Positions 9,761-18,687 of a DNA stretch of 64,000 nucleotides are shown here, in pieces. The stretch comes from an uncultured bacterium (GTDB taxonomy: Bacteria; Chloroflexota; UBA5177; JANWHV01). The stretch lies in assembly GCA_963827235.1 (NCBI GenBank), contig CAWHAE010000009.1:544001-608000 (forward strand), given 5' to 3'. The notes beneath the pieces were generated by a model. The model did no database searches. It was given only the letters and a program-made list of their open reading frames with translations, and was not told where the DNA came from. The position numbers were made by a program, and so were the translations under genes. Numbering within the stretch: the stretch's first letter is position 1; each line of letters starts with the position of its first letter.

Positions 9761-11294
9761 CAACGACCTGCCTTCCCCGAATCTCCAGGGATCGAGCGAA
9801 GGGAGGGAAATCGCAGAAACGAACGGCCACGCAACGCCGGTTGCCCTGGCAGAACCGCCGCGCGAGACGCTCGACATCGAGCCTGAGCCGGTGCTGCAGG
9901 ACCTGCTGTCCTGCCCACCGGCGGACCTGATCGTGACGGTTCCCGAGCCGGCCGAGATCGATCAGCAGGCTGCAGGCCTTGACCGCGACGCACGCGAGCA
10001 GGATCGCGGCTCCGCCGTTCCGGGCGGCAAGCGCGCGAACCTGGCCGAGCTGGAAGGGAAGACGCTTCACGAGCTGCGCGAGATGGCCAAGAGCCTGGAG
10101 GTGACCGGCTATACCGCCCTCAAGAAAGGCGATCTGATCTTCAGGCTTTTGCAGGCACAGACCGAACAGCAGGGAAATCTCTTCCGTGATGGCGTGCTCG
10201 ATATCGTGGAAGAAGGCTTCGGTTTCCTTCGCAAGGACCGCTATCTGCCCGGGAGCGACGACATCTACGTCTCCCTCTCTCAGATCCGTCGCTTTGGTCT
10301 GCGCACCGGAGACCGTGTCAGTGGTCAGGTGCGCGCGCCAAAAGAAAGCGAGAAGTACTACGGCCTGCTGCGCGTGGAGGCGGTCAACGGCGTGGACCCG
10401 GAGACGGCCAAACGCCGGCCTCATTTCGACCGCTTGACTCCCATCTACCCCAATCAGCAGCTCACGCTGGAAACCACGCCCGCCATCGTCGCCACGCGGC
10501 TGCTGGATATCGTGGCGCCTATTGGACGGGGCCAGCGCGGCATGATCGTCGCCCCCCCCAAAGCCGGCAAGACGATAATCCTCAAGCAGATAGCCAACGC
10601 CATCAACACGAACCATCCGGATGTGCACCTGATGGTCGTGCTGGTCGGAGAGCGCCCCGAGGAAGTCACCGACATGGAGCGCTCGGTCAAGTGCGCCGAG
10701 GTGCTCAGCGCGACGTTTGACGAGCAAGCCGATCATCACACCCGCGTGGCAGAGATGGCCCTGGAACGGGCCAAGCGCCTGGTGGAAAGCGGCAAAGACG
10801 TCGTCCTCTTGCTGGATAGCATTACGCGGCTCACCCGCGCCTACAACACGGCCATCCCCTCGAGTGGTCGCACGCTGTCCGGCGGTATCGACCCCAACGC
10901 GATCTTCCCGCCCAAACGCTTCTTCGGCGCAGCGCGCAAAATCGAAGGCGCCGGCAGCCTCACCATCATCGCCACCTGTCTGATCGAGACGGGTAGCCGC
11001 ATGGACGACGTGATCTACGAGGAGTTCAAGGGCACCGGCAACATGGAGGTGATTCTGGAGCGCAAGCTGGCGGAAAAGCGCGTCTTCCCCGCGGTAGACG
11101 TGCTGCGCTCGGGCACGCGTCACGAGGAGCTGCTGATGGACGAACAGACGCTTCAGCGCGTCTGGCTCATGCGCAGAATGGTCAATGCCCTGGGCGGTAC
11201 CGAGGGCACTGAGCTATTGCTCAATTACCTGGCGAAGACGGCGACCAACAGGGAGTTTCTTGCTTCTCTGCACAAGGGCGATGTGCAGCCCTAA
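9735..11294 (+). CDS. rho: Transcription termination factor Rho
   Basis: [60 protein letters not shown]; start (TTG 9735) uncertain. Confidence 0.98.
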   Translation: MDEIDGYRLNDLPSPNLQGSSEGREIAETNGHATPVALAEPPRETLDIEPEPVLQDLLSCPPADLIVTVPEPAEIDQQAAGLDRDAREQDRGSAVPGGKRANLAELEGKTLHELREMAKSLEVTGYTALKKGDLIFRLLQAQTEQQGNLFRDGVLDIVEEGFGFLRKDRYLPGSDDIYVSLSQIRRFGLRTGDRVSGQVRAPKESEKYYGLLRVEAVNGVDPETAKRRPHFDRLTPIYPNQQLTLETTPAIVATRLLDIVAPIGRGQRGMIVAPPKAGKTIILKQIANAINTNHPDVHLMVVLVGERPEEVTDMERSVKCAEVLSATFDEQADHHTRVAEMALERAKRLVESGKDVVLLLDSITRLTRAYNTAIPSSGRTLSGGIDPNAIFPPKRFFGAARKIEGAGSLTIIATCLIETGSRMDDVIYEEFKGTGNMEVILERKLAEKRVFPAVDVLRSGTRHEELLMDEQTLQRVWLMRRMVNALGGTEGTELLLNYLAKTATNREFLASLHKGDVQP

Positions 11295-11303
11295 GATCAA
11301 TCG

Positions 11304-11783
11304 TCACATATCCCTATACATCATTGGAGGCTCATCGACCAGGCTGAATTTCTCACCCTGCGCGTTACACTCGGTGCAGTGATCGGGAGGGTTGGCGCCA
11401 TACTGTTGGGCGCCGCAGACCGTGCAGGTCCAGCGTTGCGCTATGCGCTTGAGCAGATCCGTGCGGGTGACCAGACCCACCAGCTTCCCGGCCCGCACCA
11501 CGAGGACGCGGTGCATGCGCTTCAAGATATAGCCGACGTCCTCGAGATCGTAATCCGGCGAGACCGTGATCATCTGCGTGCTCATGATGTCGCCGACACT
11601 CCGGCCCTGCTTGCCGATCATGTCTGCGTCGCTCACGGTGCCCACGATATTTCCGTCGGCGGCGATCACCGGCAAGCACGCGAGGTGACGGCGCACCAGC
11701 TCGGCCGCTGCCGCTTCGACTGAGGTTTCGGGCGCCACGGTGATGACTTCCGGGGTCATGACATCTTGGGCAGTAAGGTTCAT
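11304..11783 (-). CDS. CBS-pair protein with C-terminal rubredoxin-like domain
   Basis: Two CBS repeats (AQDVMT..LPVI..IVGTVS; VGDIMS..LVGLVTRTDLL) followed by WTCTVCG...PPDHCTECNA. Confidence 0.85.
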   Translation of the reverse strand: MNLTAQDVMTPEVITVAPETSVEAAAAELVRRHLACLPVIAADGNIVGTVSDADMIGKQGRSVGDIMSTQMITVSPDYDLEDVGYILKRMHRVLVVRAGKLVGLVTRTDLLKRIAQRWTCTVCGAQQYGANPPDHCTECNAQGEKFSLVDEPPMMYRDM

Positions 11784-12020
11784 GGTTCCTCTACTTTATG
11801 CATACGGCGCATCACGCCTGGCGGGCTCCGGCCCCTGAGCAGGTGACGCCGGCACACCAGGCGATCGTGCCGCCAGCTCACTACGAGCAGGATACCGCAC
11901 TGGCGTGGCGCCGGAACGAGGGTAGGCGAGCGGGCGCGACGGGCTGATACTGCAGCCGTCTCAGACCGATACACTAAGTGATGAGGGCTTGCGCGAGTTT
12001 GCTATGAAGGAGCCAGCTGA

Positions 12021-13583
12021 TTGCGTATTTTTGATACCAGGAGTGCCCAGAAACTGGAGTTCGAGCCGGAGCACGACCCGGTTTTGATGTATATGTGCGG
12101 GCTGACGCCGAAGAATGAGCCGCATATCGGACACGCCAAGCTGTTTGTCACGGCTGACCTCATCCGCCGGCACCTGGAGTATCGGGGCTACAACGTGCGC
12201 TATATCCAGAACGTCACGGATATAGACGACAAGATCATCGCGCGTGCCCAAATGGAGGGGATATCTCCGGAGCAGGTGGCGGCCAAGTATAGCGCTTCCT
12301 ACTTCGCCAGCGTCGACGCCCTCTATTGCCGCCCCGCCGATCACTATCCGACCGTTACCACGACGATGCCAAAGATCATCGCCATGATCGAGGGTCTGGT
12401 AGCCAGCGGCCACGCGTACCGGGTGGGCGACGACGTGTACTTTCGCGTAGCCAGGTTTCCCGACTACGGAAAGCTCTCCAAGCGAAATACAGCGGTCGAC
12501 AACACCGTGGGTCGCGGCCTGCAGGCCCGCGGGAAGGAGGCCATACCCATCGCCGTGGACGGCGGCGGATCGGAGGAGGGTGAGCGCGGCAAGGAGGACC
12601 CGCGCGACTTTGCCCTCTGGAAGGCGGCCAAGCCGGGAGAGCCACAGTGGGAAAGCCCCTGGGGCTACGGTCGCCCCGGCTGGCATATCGAATGCTCGGC
12701 CATGGCAAGAGCGGAGCTTGCCGACAGGATCGACATCCATGGCGGCGGATCAGATCTCATCTTTCCGCACCATGAAAACGAGATTGCGCAGAGTGAGTCG
12801 TTTACAGGGAAGTCGCCCTTCGCCAAATACTGGGCGCATATCGGCGCCCTGATGGTCTATGTTACGGATGAGAATGGCGAGCAGGTCTTGCAGAAGATGT
12901 CGCATTCGCTCGGCAACTTCGTGGCGATCAAAGACATTCTCGCCCGCTATGAGCCGTCCGTGCTCCGGTTGTACCTCTTGTCTCAGCAGTACCGCTCTCC
13001 CGTGGCCTATACCGAGGACTCACTGGCGGAGATAGAAGTAGGTTGGGAACGCCTCTGCACCGCCACGAGGAATCTCGACCTGCTGCTGAGCTGGCAGCCG
13101 GTACGGGCGGTACAGCCGGATGAGCCGGTGGAGCTGGAGATGCGCAAGGAAACGCGCCAGCTCCTCAATCAGATCGATACGTCCGTTGAAGCGTTCCATG
13201 CCGGTATGGACGACGACTTCAACACTGCCCAGGCCATTGCCGCTCTCTATGACCTGGCAGGCCAGGTTAACCGGTATAAGGATTTCCTCCGCGATCCGAA
13301 GCTGGTGAACCCGACGGTCAAGGGCGCCCTCCTGCGCGCTTTGGAGGCGTTCAACACGATTATGGGCGTACTCGGGTTAGTGGTAGCGCCGGAAGGTCCG
13401 GCAGTCGAGTCCCCCGAATTCACCGCGAAGGTGGAGGGGATGATCGAGCGACGGCGTGAGCTGCGTGCAGCACGCGATTTTGCCGGTGCGGACGCCGTTC
13501 GCGATGAGCTCAAGGCGATGGGCGTGATTGTGGAAGATCACCCACAGGGCGTGCGCTGGCGAAGAGATCGGCACGCCAAGTAG
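12021..13583 (+). CDS. cysS: Cysteine--tRNA ligase
   Basis: HIGH, NVTDIDDKII, DFALWK, PGWHIECSAM, GGGSDLIFPHHENE, KMSHS, MDDDFNT, ADAVRDEL. Confidence 0.98.
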   Translation: MRIFDTRSAQKLEFEPEHDPVLMYMCGLTPKNEPHIGHAKLFVTADLIRRHLEYRGYNVRYIQNVTDIDDKIIARAQMEGISPEQVAAKYSASYFASVDALYCRPADHYPTVTTTMPKIIAMIEGLVASGHAYRVGDDVYFRVARFPDYGKLSKRNTAVDNTVGRGLQARGKEAIPIAVDGGGSEEGERGKEDPRDFALWKAAKPGEPQWESPWGYGRPGWHIECSAMARAELADRIDIHGGGSDLIFPHHENEIAQSESFTGKSPFAKYWAHIGALMVYVTDENGEQVLQKMSHSLGNFVAIKDILARYEPSVLRLYLLSQQYRSPVAYTEDSLAEIEVGWERLCTATRNLDLLLSWQPVRAVQPDEPVELEMRKETRQLLNQIDTSVEAFHAGMDDDFNTAQAIAALYDLAGQVNRYKDFLRDPKLVNPTVKGALLRALEAFNTIMGVLGLVVAPEGPAVESPEFTAKVEGMIERRRELRAARDFAGADAVRDELKAMGVIVEDHPQGVRWRRDRHAK

Positions 13584-13599
13584 GTCCGGCTGTTAGAGC

Positions 13600-13624
13600 C
13601 CGCCACGCACGAGCGTGGGCGGGT
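13600..13624 (+). terminator. GC-rich hairpin after cysS
   Basis: CCCGCCACGC-ACGA-GCGTGGGCGGG imperfect stem with no U-tract. Confidence 0.35.
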
Positions 13625-13749
13625 CGAGTTGATAGAACGAACTCCGCGTTCAGACGCGGAACCGGCGTGGGCTAGAAGCGCGCGCCACGCCGGATGTAAG
13701 TGCAGCCGTCTTTGTCGAGCATCTACGGCTGAGAGAATAGGCAGATTTC

Positions 13750-15549
13750 ATGGCACACGACGATACACGAGGACGCCGCGGCTTCGAGAGCCGTGGCAGG
13801 CAGGACGACCGCCCCTACGGTGGCTTCCAGAAGCGAGAACGAGATACGCGGCCCGGCCAGCCTAGCTTTGGCGGCGACCAGCGCGAGCGCACACCGTGGC
13901 GCGGCGAGAGGGGCAGCGGCGGGTCCGATACGCGGCCGGGCCGCTCCGCTCGGCCTCCATTCGCGCGCGAGACCCGCGAAGAAGGCTGGACGCCCTTTCA
14001 CGGCCGCGGCGAGCGCGACGGCGAGAGACGACCCAGCGATGATCGCGGCTTCCGTCCGGCGCCCGAGGGCGAGCGGCCGCCCTTCCGCGAGCAGCAGCGC
14101 TACAATGAGCGGCCGCCTTTCCGCTCCGATCGCCCCTCCTCCTTCGAGAACAGAGGAGACAACGATCGCCCATGGCAGAGAGAGCGTCGTGACGAAGGTC
14201 GCCCGAGCTTTGCCGATCGCGGTCAGAGCTCCGGTCGCAACGAACGACCAACCTACCGGCAGGGTCGTGGAGGCTATCGCCCATTCGACCAGGACCTTCC
14301 GCATAGCGAGCGCCCACAGTCTTCCTACCGCGGCGACCGACCCTTCCAGGGCCGTAGAGATGAGGGCGACCGCGGCTTTCGTCGCCCAGACGGCGACCGC
14401 CCGGCCTACCAGGACCGGCGTCCCTCCTATAGCAGTGACCGCCCCTTCGAGCGGCGCGAGGCAGACGGGGCGCCGTTTGCCGATGCCGGGCGCCCGCTCG
14501 GCACCGTCACCAGGGCAGGACGTAGCCCGGTCAGCCAGTTCGAGCGCATTCAGGCAGACGTCTACGGTCGCTGGCCCGTCCTGGAGTCCCTGCGGGCCGG
14601 CAATGTGGCCAAGATCTACATTGCAGCGGGTGTGAGAGATTCCGCCGACCACCTGCAAGAGATTCAGGCGATTGCCGCGGAAAAGCATGTCACCATCGTG
14701 CGCGTGGACCGCTTCGATCTGGACCGCGTGCTCGGTAACGTCAATCATCAGGGGATAGCCGCTGCTTGCCGCCCATACCAGTACACGGACTTTGAGGACA
14801 TCGTCGCGGCCGCCGGAAAGTCGGCGGAGAAGCCGCTGATCGTGCTCTTCGACGGCGTGCAGGATCCGCAGAACGTGGGCTCGATTCTTCGCACCGGCGA
14901 GGCGGTAGGTATCGACGGCGCCGTGCTGCCCAAGCACAACCAAGCGGCCGTCACCCCGGCGGTCGTTCGAGCCTCCGCGGGGGCGGTCGAGCACCTGCCG
15001 GTGGCCGAAGTGTCGAATCTACGCCAGAGCATTGCCACTCTCAAGGAGGCCGGCTACTGGATCGTCGGTCTCGACATGGAGGGAGGCACCGACTACGACA
15101 ACTTCGACGTCGATAGTGCGCTCGCCTTGATCGTGGGCGGCGAAGGGCGCGGCTTGAGCCGGATGATCTCGGAAGAATGCGACTACCTCGTGCGGCTGCC
15201 GATGCGCGGCAAGGTGGGCAGCCTCAATGCGTCGGTCGCCGCCGGCATCGTGCTCTACGAAATCGCTCGCCGGCGTGGTACAGCCGGACTACCGAAGAGC
15301 AAGCCGGCTGTCGAAGATAGCGTCGACGTCGTAGAGATTGTGGAAGCGCTTGCCGGCGAGGATCTCGATCTGCAAGAGGAGCTCGAGGCGGCCATCGACG
15401 CCGGCGACGCGGAAGGGACGGAGTCTCTCGTATTTGAGGAGATCTTCGAGGACGAATCCGACGAGGAACCTGACGTCCCCGGCGATGAGGTCCTCGAAGA
15501 CCAGGAGCAGGACGCTACGGACAGCGCCGAGGAGAACGACCAGCCCTGA
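13750..15549 (+). CDS. rlmB: 23S rRNA (Gm2251) 2'-O-methyltransferase RlmB (TrmH family) with long disordered N- and C-terminal extensions
   Basis: Core VYGRWPVLE..NHQGI..DGVQDPQNVGSILRT..SAGAVEH..GGEGRG..SLNASVA; conserved position after cysS. Confidence 0.93.
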   Translation: MAHDDTRGRRGFESRGRQDDRPYGGFQKRERDTRPGQPSFGGDQRERTPWRGERGSGGSDTRPGRSARPPFARETREEGWTPFHGRGERDGERRPSDDRGFRPAPEGERPPFREQQRYNERPPFRSDRPSSFENRGDNDRPWQRERRDEGRPSFADRGQSSGRNERPTYRQGRGGYRPFDQDLPHSERPQSSYRGDRPFQGRRDEGDRGFRRPDGDRPAYQDRRPSYSSDRPFERREADGAPFADAGRPLGTVTRAGRSPVSQFERIQADVYGRWPVLESLRAGNVAKIYIAAGVRDSADHLQEIQAIAAEKHVTIVRVDRFDLDRVLGNVNHQGIAAACRPYQYTDFEDIVAAAGKSAEKPLIVLFDGVQDPQNVGSILRTGEAVGIDGAVLPKHNQAAVTPAVVRASAGAVEHLPVAEVSNLRQSIATLKEAGYWIVGLDMEGGTDYDNFDVDSALALIVGGEGRGLSRMISEECDYLVRLPMRGKVGSLNASVAAGIVLYEIARRRGTAGLPKSKPAVEDSVDVVEIVEALAGEDLDLQEELEAAIDAGDAEGTESLVFEEIFEDESDEEPDVPGDEVLEDQEQDATDSAEENDQP

Positions 15550-15575
15550 CCGACCGGTCCACCGATTGGTTCAGC

Positions 15576-15618
15576 CAGCAGAGGGCATTCCATCTGGAAC
15601 GCCCTCTGCTGTTGTTGT
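15576..15618 (+). terminator. Intrinsic terminator-like hairpin after rlmB
   Basis: CAGCAGAGGGCATTCCA-TC-TGGAACGCCCTCTGCTG followed by TTGTTGT. Confidence 0.65.
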
Positions 15619-15657
15619 ATCGACGTACATACCGGCACAGCTAAACGAGGAGGAGTC

Positions 15658-16227
15658 GTGACGAGAGAAGAAGCACTGGCCATCGTGCGAGAGTACATCC
15701 AGAATGAGGGCCTGGTCCGGCATTGCCTGGCCGTCGAAGCGGCTATGCGGGCCTATGCCACGAAGTACGAGGAAGACGTGGAATCGTGGGGCCTGGCAGG
15801 ACTGCTTCATGACTTCGATTGGGAGATCCATCCGTCCGCCGAATCCCATCCTCATATGGGTGCGCCCATTCTGCGCGAGCGCGGAGTGCCGGAGCCGATC
15901 ATCCAGTGCATCCTCACCCATGCCGATTACCTGGGCTATCAGCGCGTTACCCCCATGGAAAAGACCCTCTCGGCGGTCGACGAGCTGACGGGCATGATCA
16001 CGGCTGCAGCCCTGGTCAGGCCGACCAAGTCTCTGCATGACATCGAGGCTCCAGCCGTGCGCAAGAAGATGAAGGACAAGGCCTTCGCACGCCAGGTCAA
16101 TCGTGAGGAGATCGCGCGGGGTGCCGAAGAGCTGGGCATCGGTCTGGATGAACACATCGCGTTCGTGATCCAGGCGATGCGGTCCATAGCACCCGAGCTC
16201 GGCCTGGACGGATCGCTCGCCGTCTGA
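15658..16227 (+). CDS. HD/HDIG-domain protein
   Basis: LVRHCLAVE, GLLHDFD, AVDELTG, KKMKDKAFA; RBS GAGGAGGAG. Confidence 0.88.
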   Translation: MTREEALAIVREYIQNEGLVRHCLAVEAAMRAYATKYEEDVESWGLAGLLHDFDWEIHPSAESHPHMGAPILRERGVPEPIIQCILTHADYLGYQRVTPMEKTLSAVDELTGMITAAALVRPTKSLHDIEAPAVRKKMKDKAFARQVNREEIARGAEELGIGLDEHIAFVIQAMRSIAPELGLDGSLAV

Positions 16228-16229
16228 TG

Positions 16230-16585
16230 TTATCCCCGTCCCTACCTCGTATACGATCTATATCCAAGATATGTATGTAAAGATCGCCGTAGTGGTAGTA
16301 GAGGCGGGGAGAGAGGGGATAAGTACCGTGTCTCCAGAGAGAGCGGCTAGGCCGGCGACTGGGAGGAACTGTGGAGGAGCTGCGGACGAGATCGGGAGGA
16401 GCTGCGGATAAACCCGGATACCTCCCGGCACAGCTCCCCCGTCCGTCCGATTCATCCAGAACTTTCCCCAGAGGCGATCGGAATCACCCCCGGATTTGTC
16501 CGCCGCGGAGGCAGGATATCCGCAGGGAAAGCCCGGCTTTTCCACACCTCCCAGACTGCTCATGCGTGCTCGAGATTGTGGACAA
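16230..16585. other. Candidate replication origin (oriC-like): DUE, DnaA-trios and DnaA-box arrays
   Basis: AT-rich 16250-16284 (26/35 AT); TAG-TGG-TAG-TAG 16290-16301; tandem box-like 9-mers 16305-16322; 11-bp phased boxes 16370-16411; opposite-orientation boxes 16452-16546; TTGTCCACA on minus at 16577-16585. Confidence 0.65.
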
Positions 16586-17231
16586 TCAGCTGCTGCCACC
16601 ACTCGTTGAGCAGAGCGCAGGAGGCAAGGGCCCTTCCCGTCTCGGCATCGCCGTTGCGCCCGTGGCCGAAGTCGTTGACGAGTGCAACGGTCCAGCGCGG
16701 ATAGGGGCGATCGACGAGCAGGACAGGAAGCTGGGGCTGCAGCGATCCCTCCTGGAGGACGCGGCAGTACCAGCCCGTGCGGCCGGTCCTCGCTACCCGT
16801 GCCGTCAGTCCCTCGATGCCCCAACGGCGCTCGATTTTCCAGCACGGGTAGCGAGGACCGGTAACCTGGACACGCGCTTCGCCGAGCGCGTAAACATCGC
16901 CAATGCAGGCCGTCTCCTCGGAGAGGTCGTCGAGAGTGAGATTTTCGGCGAAGCCGCCCGGCCCCATCTCGGGCCGCCGCAGCTCTTCCCGCCAGAGCGG
17001 ATAGTGTTTCGCCGCGTAGAGCAGCACAGCCTGATGCGGCCGGCCGTGATTCTTCGTATCGGCCTGTACGTTGCCTTCCAGGTGCGTCGTGTAGAGCCAG
17101 CGTGGCCGCGGATCGGGCGTGCGAAAGAACGACGAGATCCACGGGCGGCCAGATTCCTCGGCGGCTGCCTGCTCGCCGTACTGCCGGGGCGCCCCTACCT
17201 GGAGGGCACTAATCACTCCTAGCTGCTGCAT
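16560..17231 (-). CDS. MOSC domain protein (YiiM-like, with 3-alpha domain)
   Basis: QADTKNHG, GFAENLT, PRYPCWK, TGWYCRVL. Confidence 0.9.
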   Translation of the reverse strand: MQQLGVISALQVGAPRQYGEQAAAEESGRPWISSFFRTPDPRPRWLYTTHLEGNVQADTKNHGRPHQAVLLYAAKHYPLWREELRRPEMGPGGFAENLTLDDLSEETACIGDVYALGEARVQVTGPRYPCWKIERRWGIEGLTARVARTGRTGWYCRVLQEGSLQPQLPVLLVDRPYPRWTVALVNDFGHGRNGDAETGRALASCALLNEWWQQLIVHNLEHA

Positions 17232-17257
17232 GTATGCTCCTCGTGGGCGAACGCGCG

Positions 17258-18439
17258 CTATCCTTCCTTGGTCGGAGGCACCGCTACCCAGCGCTCCTCG
17301 CGCGCGCTGCGCAGCAGGCTGTCGGCGATCACGTTCTCGCGATGGCCCGCGGCAAAGGTCGGGAAGTTCGGCTGGCGTCCGGAGGCGTAGCCACCGGCGC
17401 GGATGAACTCGAAGATAGCCCGCTGAATGGCCGTGTGAGAATCGGCAAACCCCTCGTCATGGCCGGCGGGGTAGCGGGCGACGGACTGTGCCGCCGGCTC
17501 GAGCAGGGCCGGATCCTTGATCAACACGCCATTGGCTCGCTCGCGGTAGCCGAGCCACAGCTCGTTCGGGCGCTCGGCGTCCCAGGCCAGAGATCCGCGA
17601 GAGCCATTGACCTCGATTGCCAGGTGGTTCTTGCGCCCCGCGGCCACCTGTGAGACCTGCATCGTGCCGTGGGCGCCACGGTCGAGCCGCAGCAGTACGG
17701 AGGCAGCGTCCTCGGTATCCATGGTTACCGGAGTGCGCTCTACGTCGGCCGTAGCGAAAGCCTGGACCGGTTTCGACGGCTTCTGGCGTACCGGAATGAA
17801 GGTGGCGAAGTCGGACATCACGCGCGTCACCGCCTGGCCGGTCAGAAACTGAGCGACGTCGAGCCAGTGCGATCCGATATCGCCCACCGCGCGGAGCATA
17901 CCTCCCTGGGCGCTTTCGACGCGCCAGTTGTAGTCGGTGTCCAGGAGCAGCCAGTCCTGCCAGTATCCGCCATGGACGCTGTACACGGTGCCGAGATCGC
18001 CTCGCTGAATCAGAGCGCGGGCATGCTGGACAAGGGGGTAGAAGCGAACGTTGAAGAGCACGGCATGGACGAGCCCGCTGGCTTCGGCCAGGGCAAGCAG
18101 CTCGGCGGATTCCGTGCTGTTCATGCCCAGCGGCTTGTCGCACACCACGTGCTTGCCCGCCGCCAGCGCGGCCTTGGCGGCCGGGTAATGCGTGGCGTTG
18201 GGTGAGGCGATGTCTATCACGTCGACGTCCGGGTCGGCAATCATCTCGAGGTAGTTCCCGTAGGCACGGGGCACGAACAGATCCGCGGCCTTGCGGACGG
18301 CCGATTCCTGCGACGAGCCGGCCAGGGCGACGATCTCCACGAAACCGAGACGCCGCATCGACTCGATATGAGCAGGACCGATGAAGCCTGCGCCTATGAT
18401 GCCGACGCGAATGGGGAGCCGAGAAGCACTGGCTGCCAT
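17258..18439 (-). CDS. Gfo/Idh/MocA oxidoreductase
   Basis: GIIGAGFIG, SPNATH, CDKPL, DIGSHW; ATG 18439 with GGAGG RBS preferred over the ORF-track start. Confidence 0.9.
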   Translation of the reverse strand: MAASASRLPIRVGIIGAGFIGPAHIESMRRLGFVEIVALAGSSQESAVRKAADLFVPRAYGNYLEMIADPDVDVIDIASPNATHYPAAKAALAAGKHVVCDKPLGMNSTESAELLALAEASGLVHAVLFNVRFYPLVQHARALIQRGDLGTVYSVHGGYWQDWLLLDTDYNWRVESAQGGMLRAVGDIGSHWLDVAQFLTGQAVTRVMSDFATFIPVRQKPSKPVQAFATADVERTPVTMDTEDAASVLLRLDRGAHGTMQVSQVAAGRKNHLAIEVNGSRGSLAWDAERPNELWLGYRERANGVLIKDPALLEPAAQSVARYPAGHDEGFADSHTAIQRAIFEFIRAGGYASGRQPNFPTFAAGHRENVIADSLLRSAREERWVAVPPTKEG

Positions 18440-18687
18440 AGAAGTACCTCCAGGGGAGACACAACAATTACTCATGCGGGACCGTCTGTGCTTCAACGTA
18501 GCAAAATACGCCGCACTGATGCACGGTGCAGGTACCGCCCCCGCCTCCCCAGGAGGGTGCATCGCGTACCATGAGTTGTGTTCTGTGCGCTCTGCGCGTC
18601 CGCATCCGGTACGCTCAGATAAGTCTCCAGGAGACGGCGCGAGCAGGGAGACGATAGAGGTATTGGGTCGGTGAGAAATGCAATCCG

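Noticed and set aside
11790-12020. T-box leader upstream of cysS
   Set aside because: No recognisable T-box consensus or terminator/antiterminator seen
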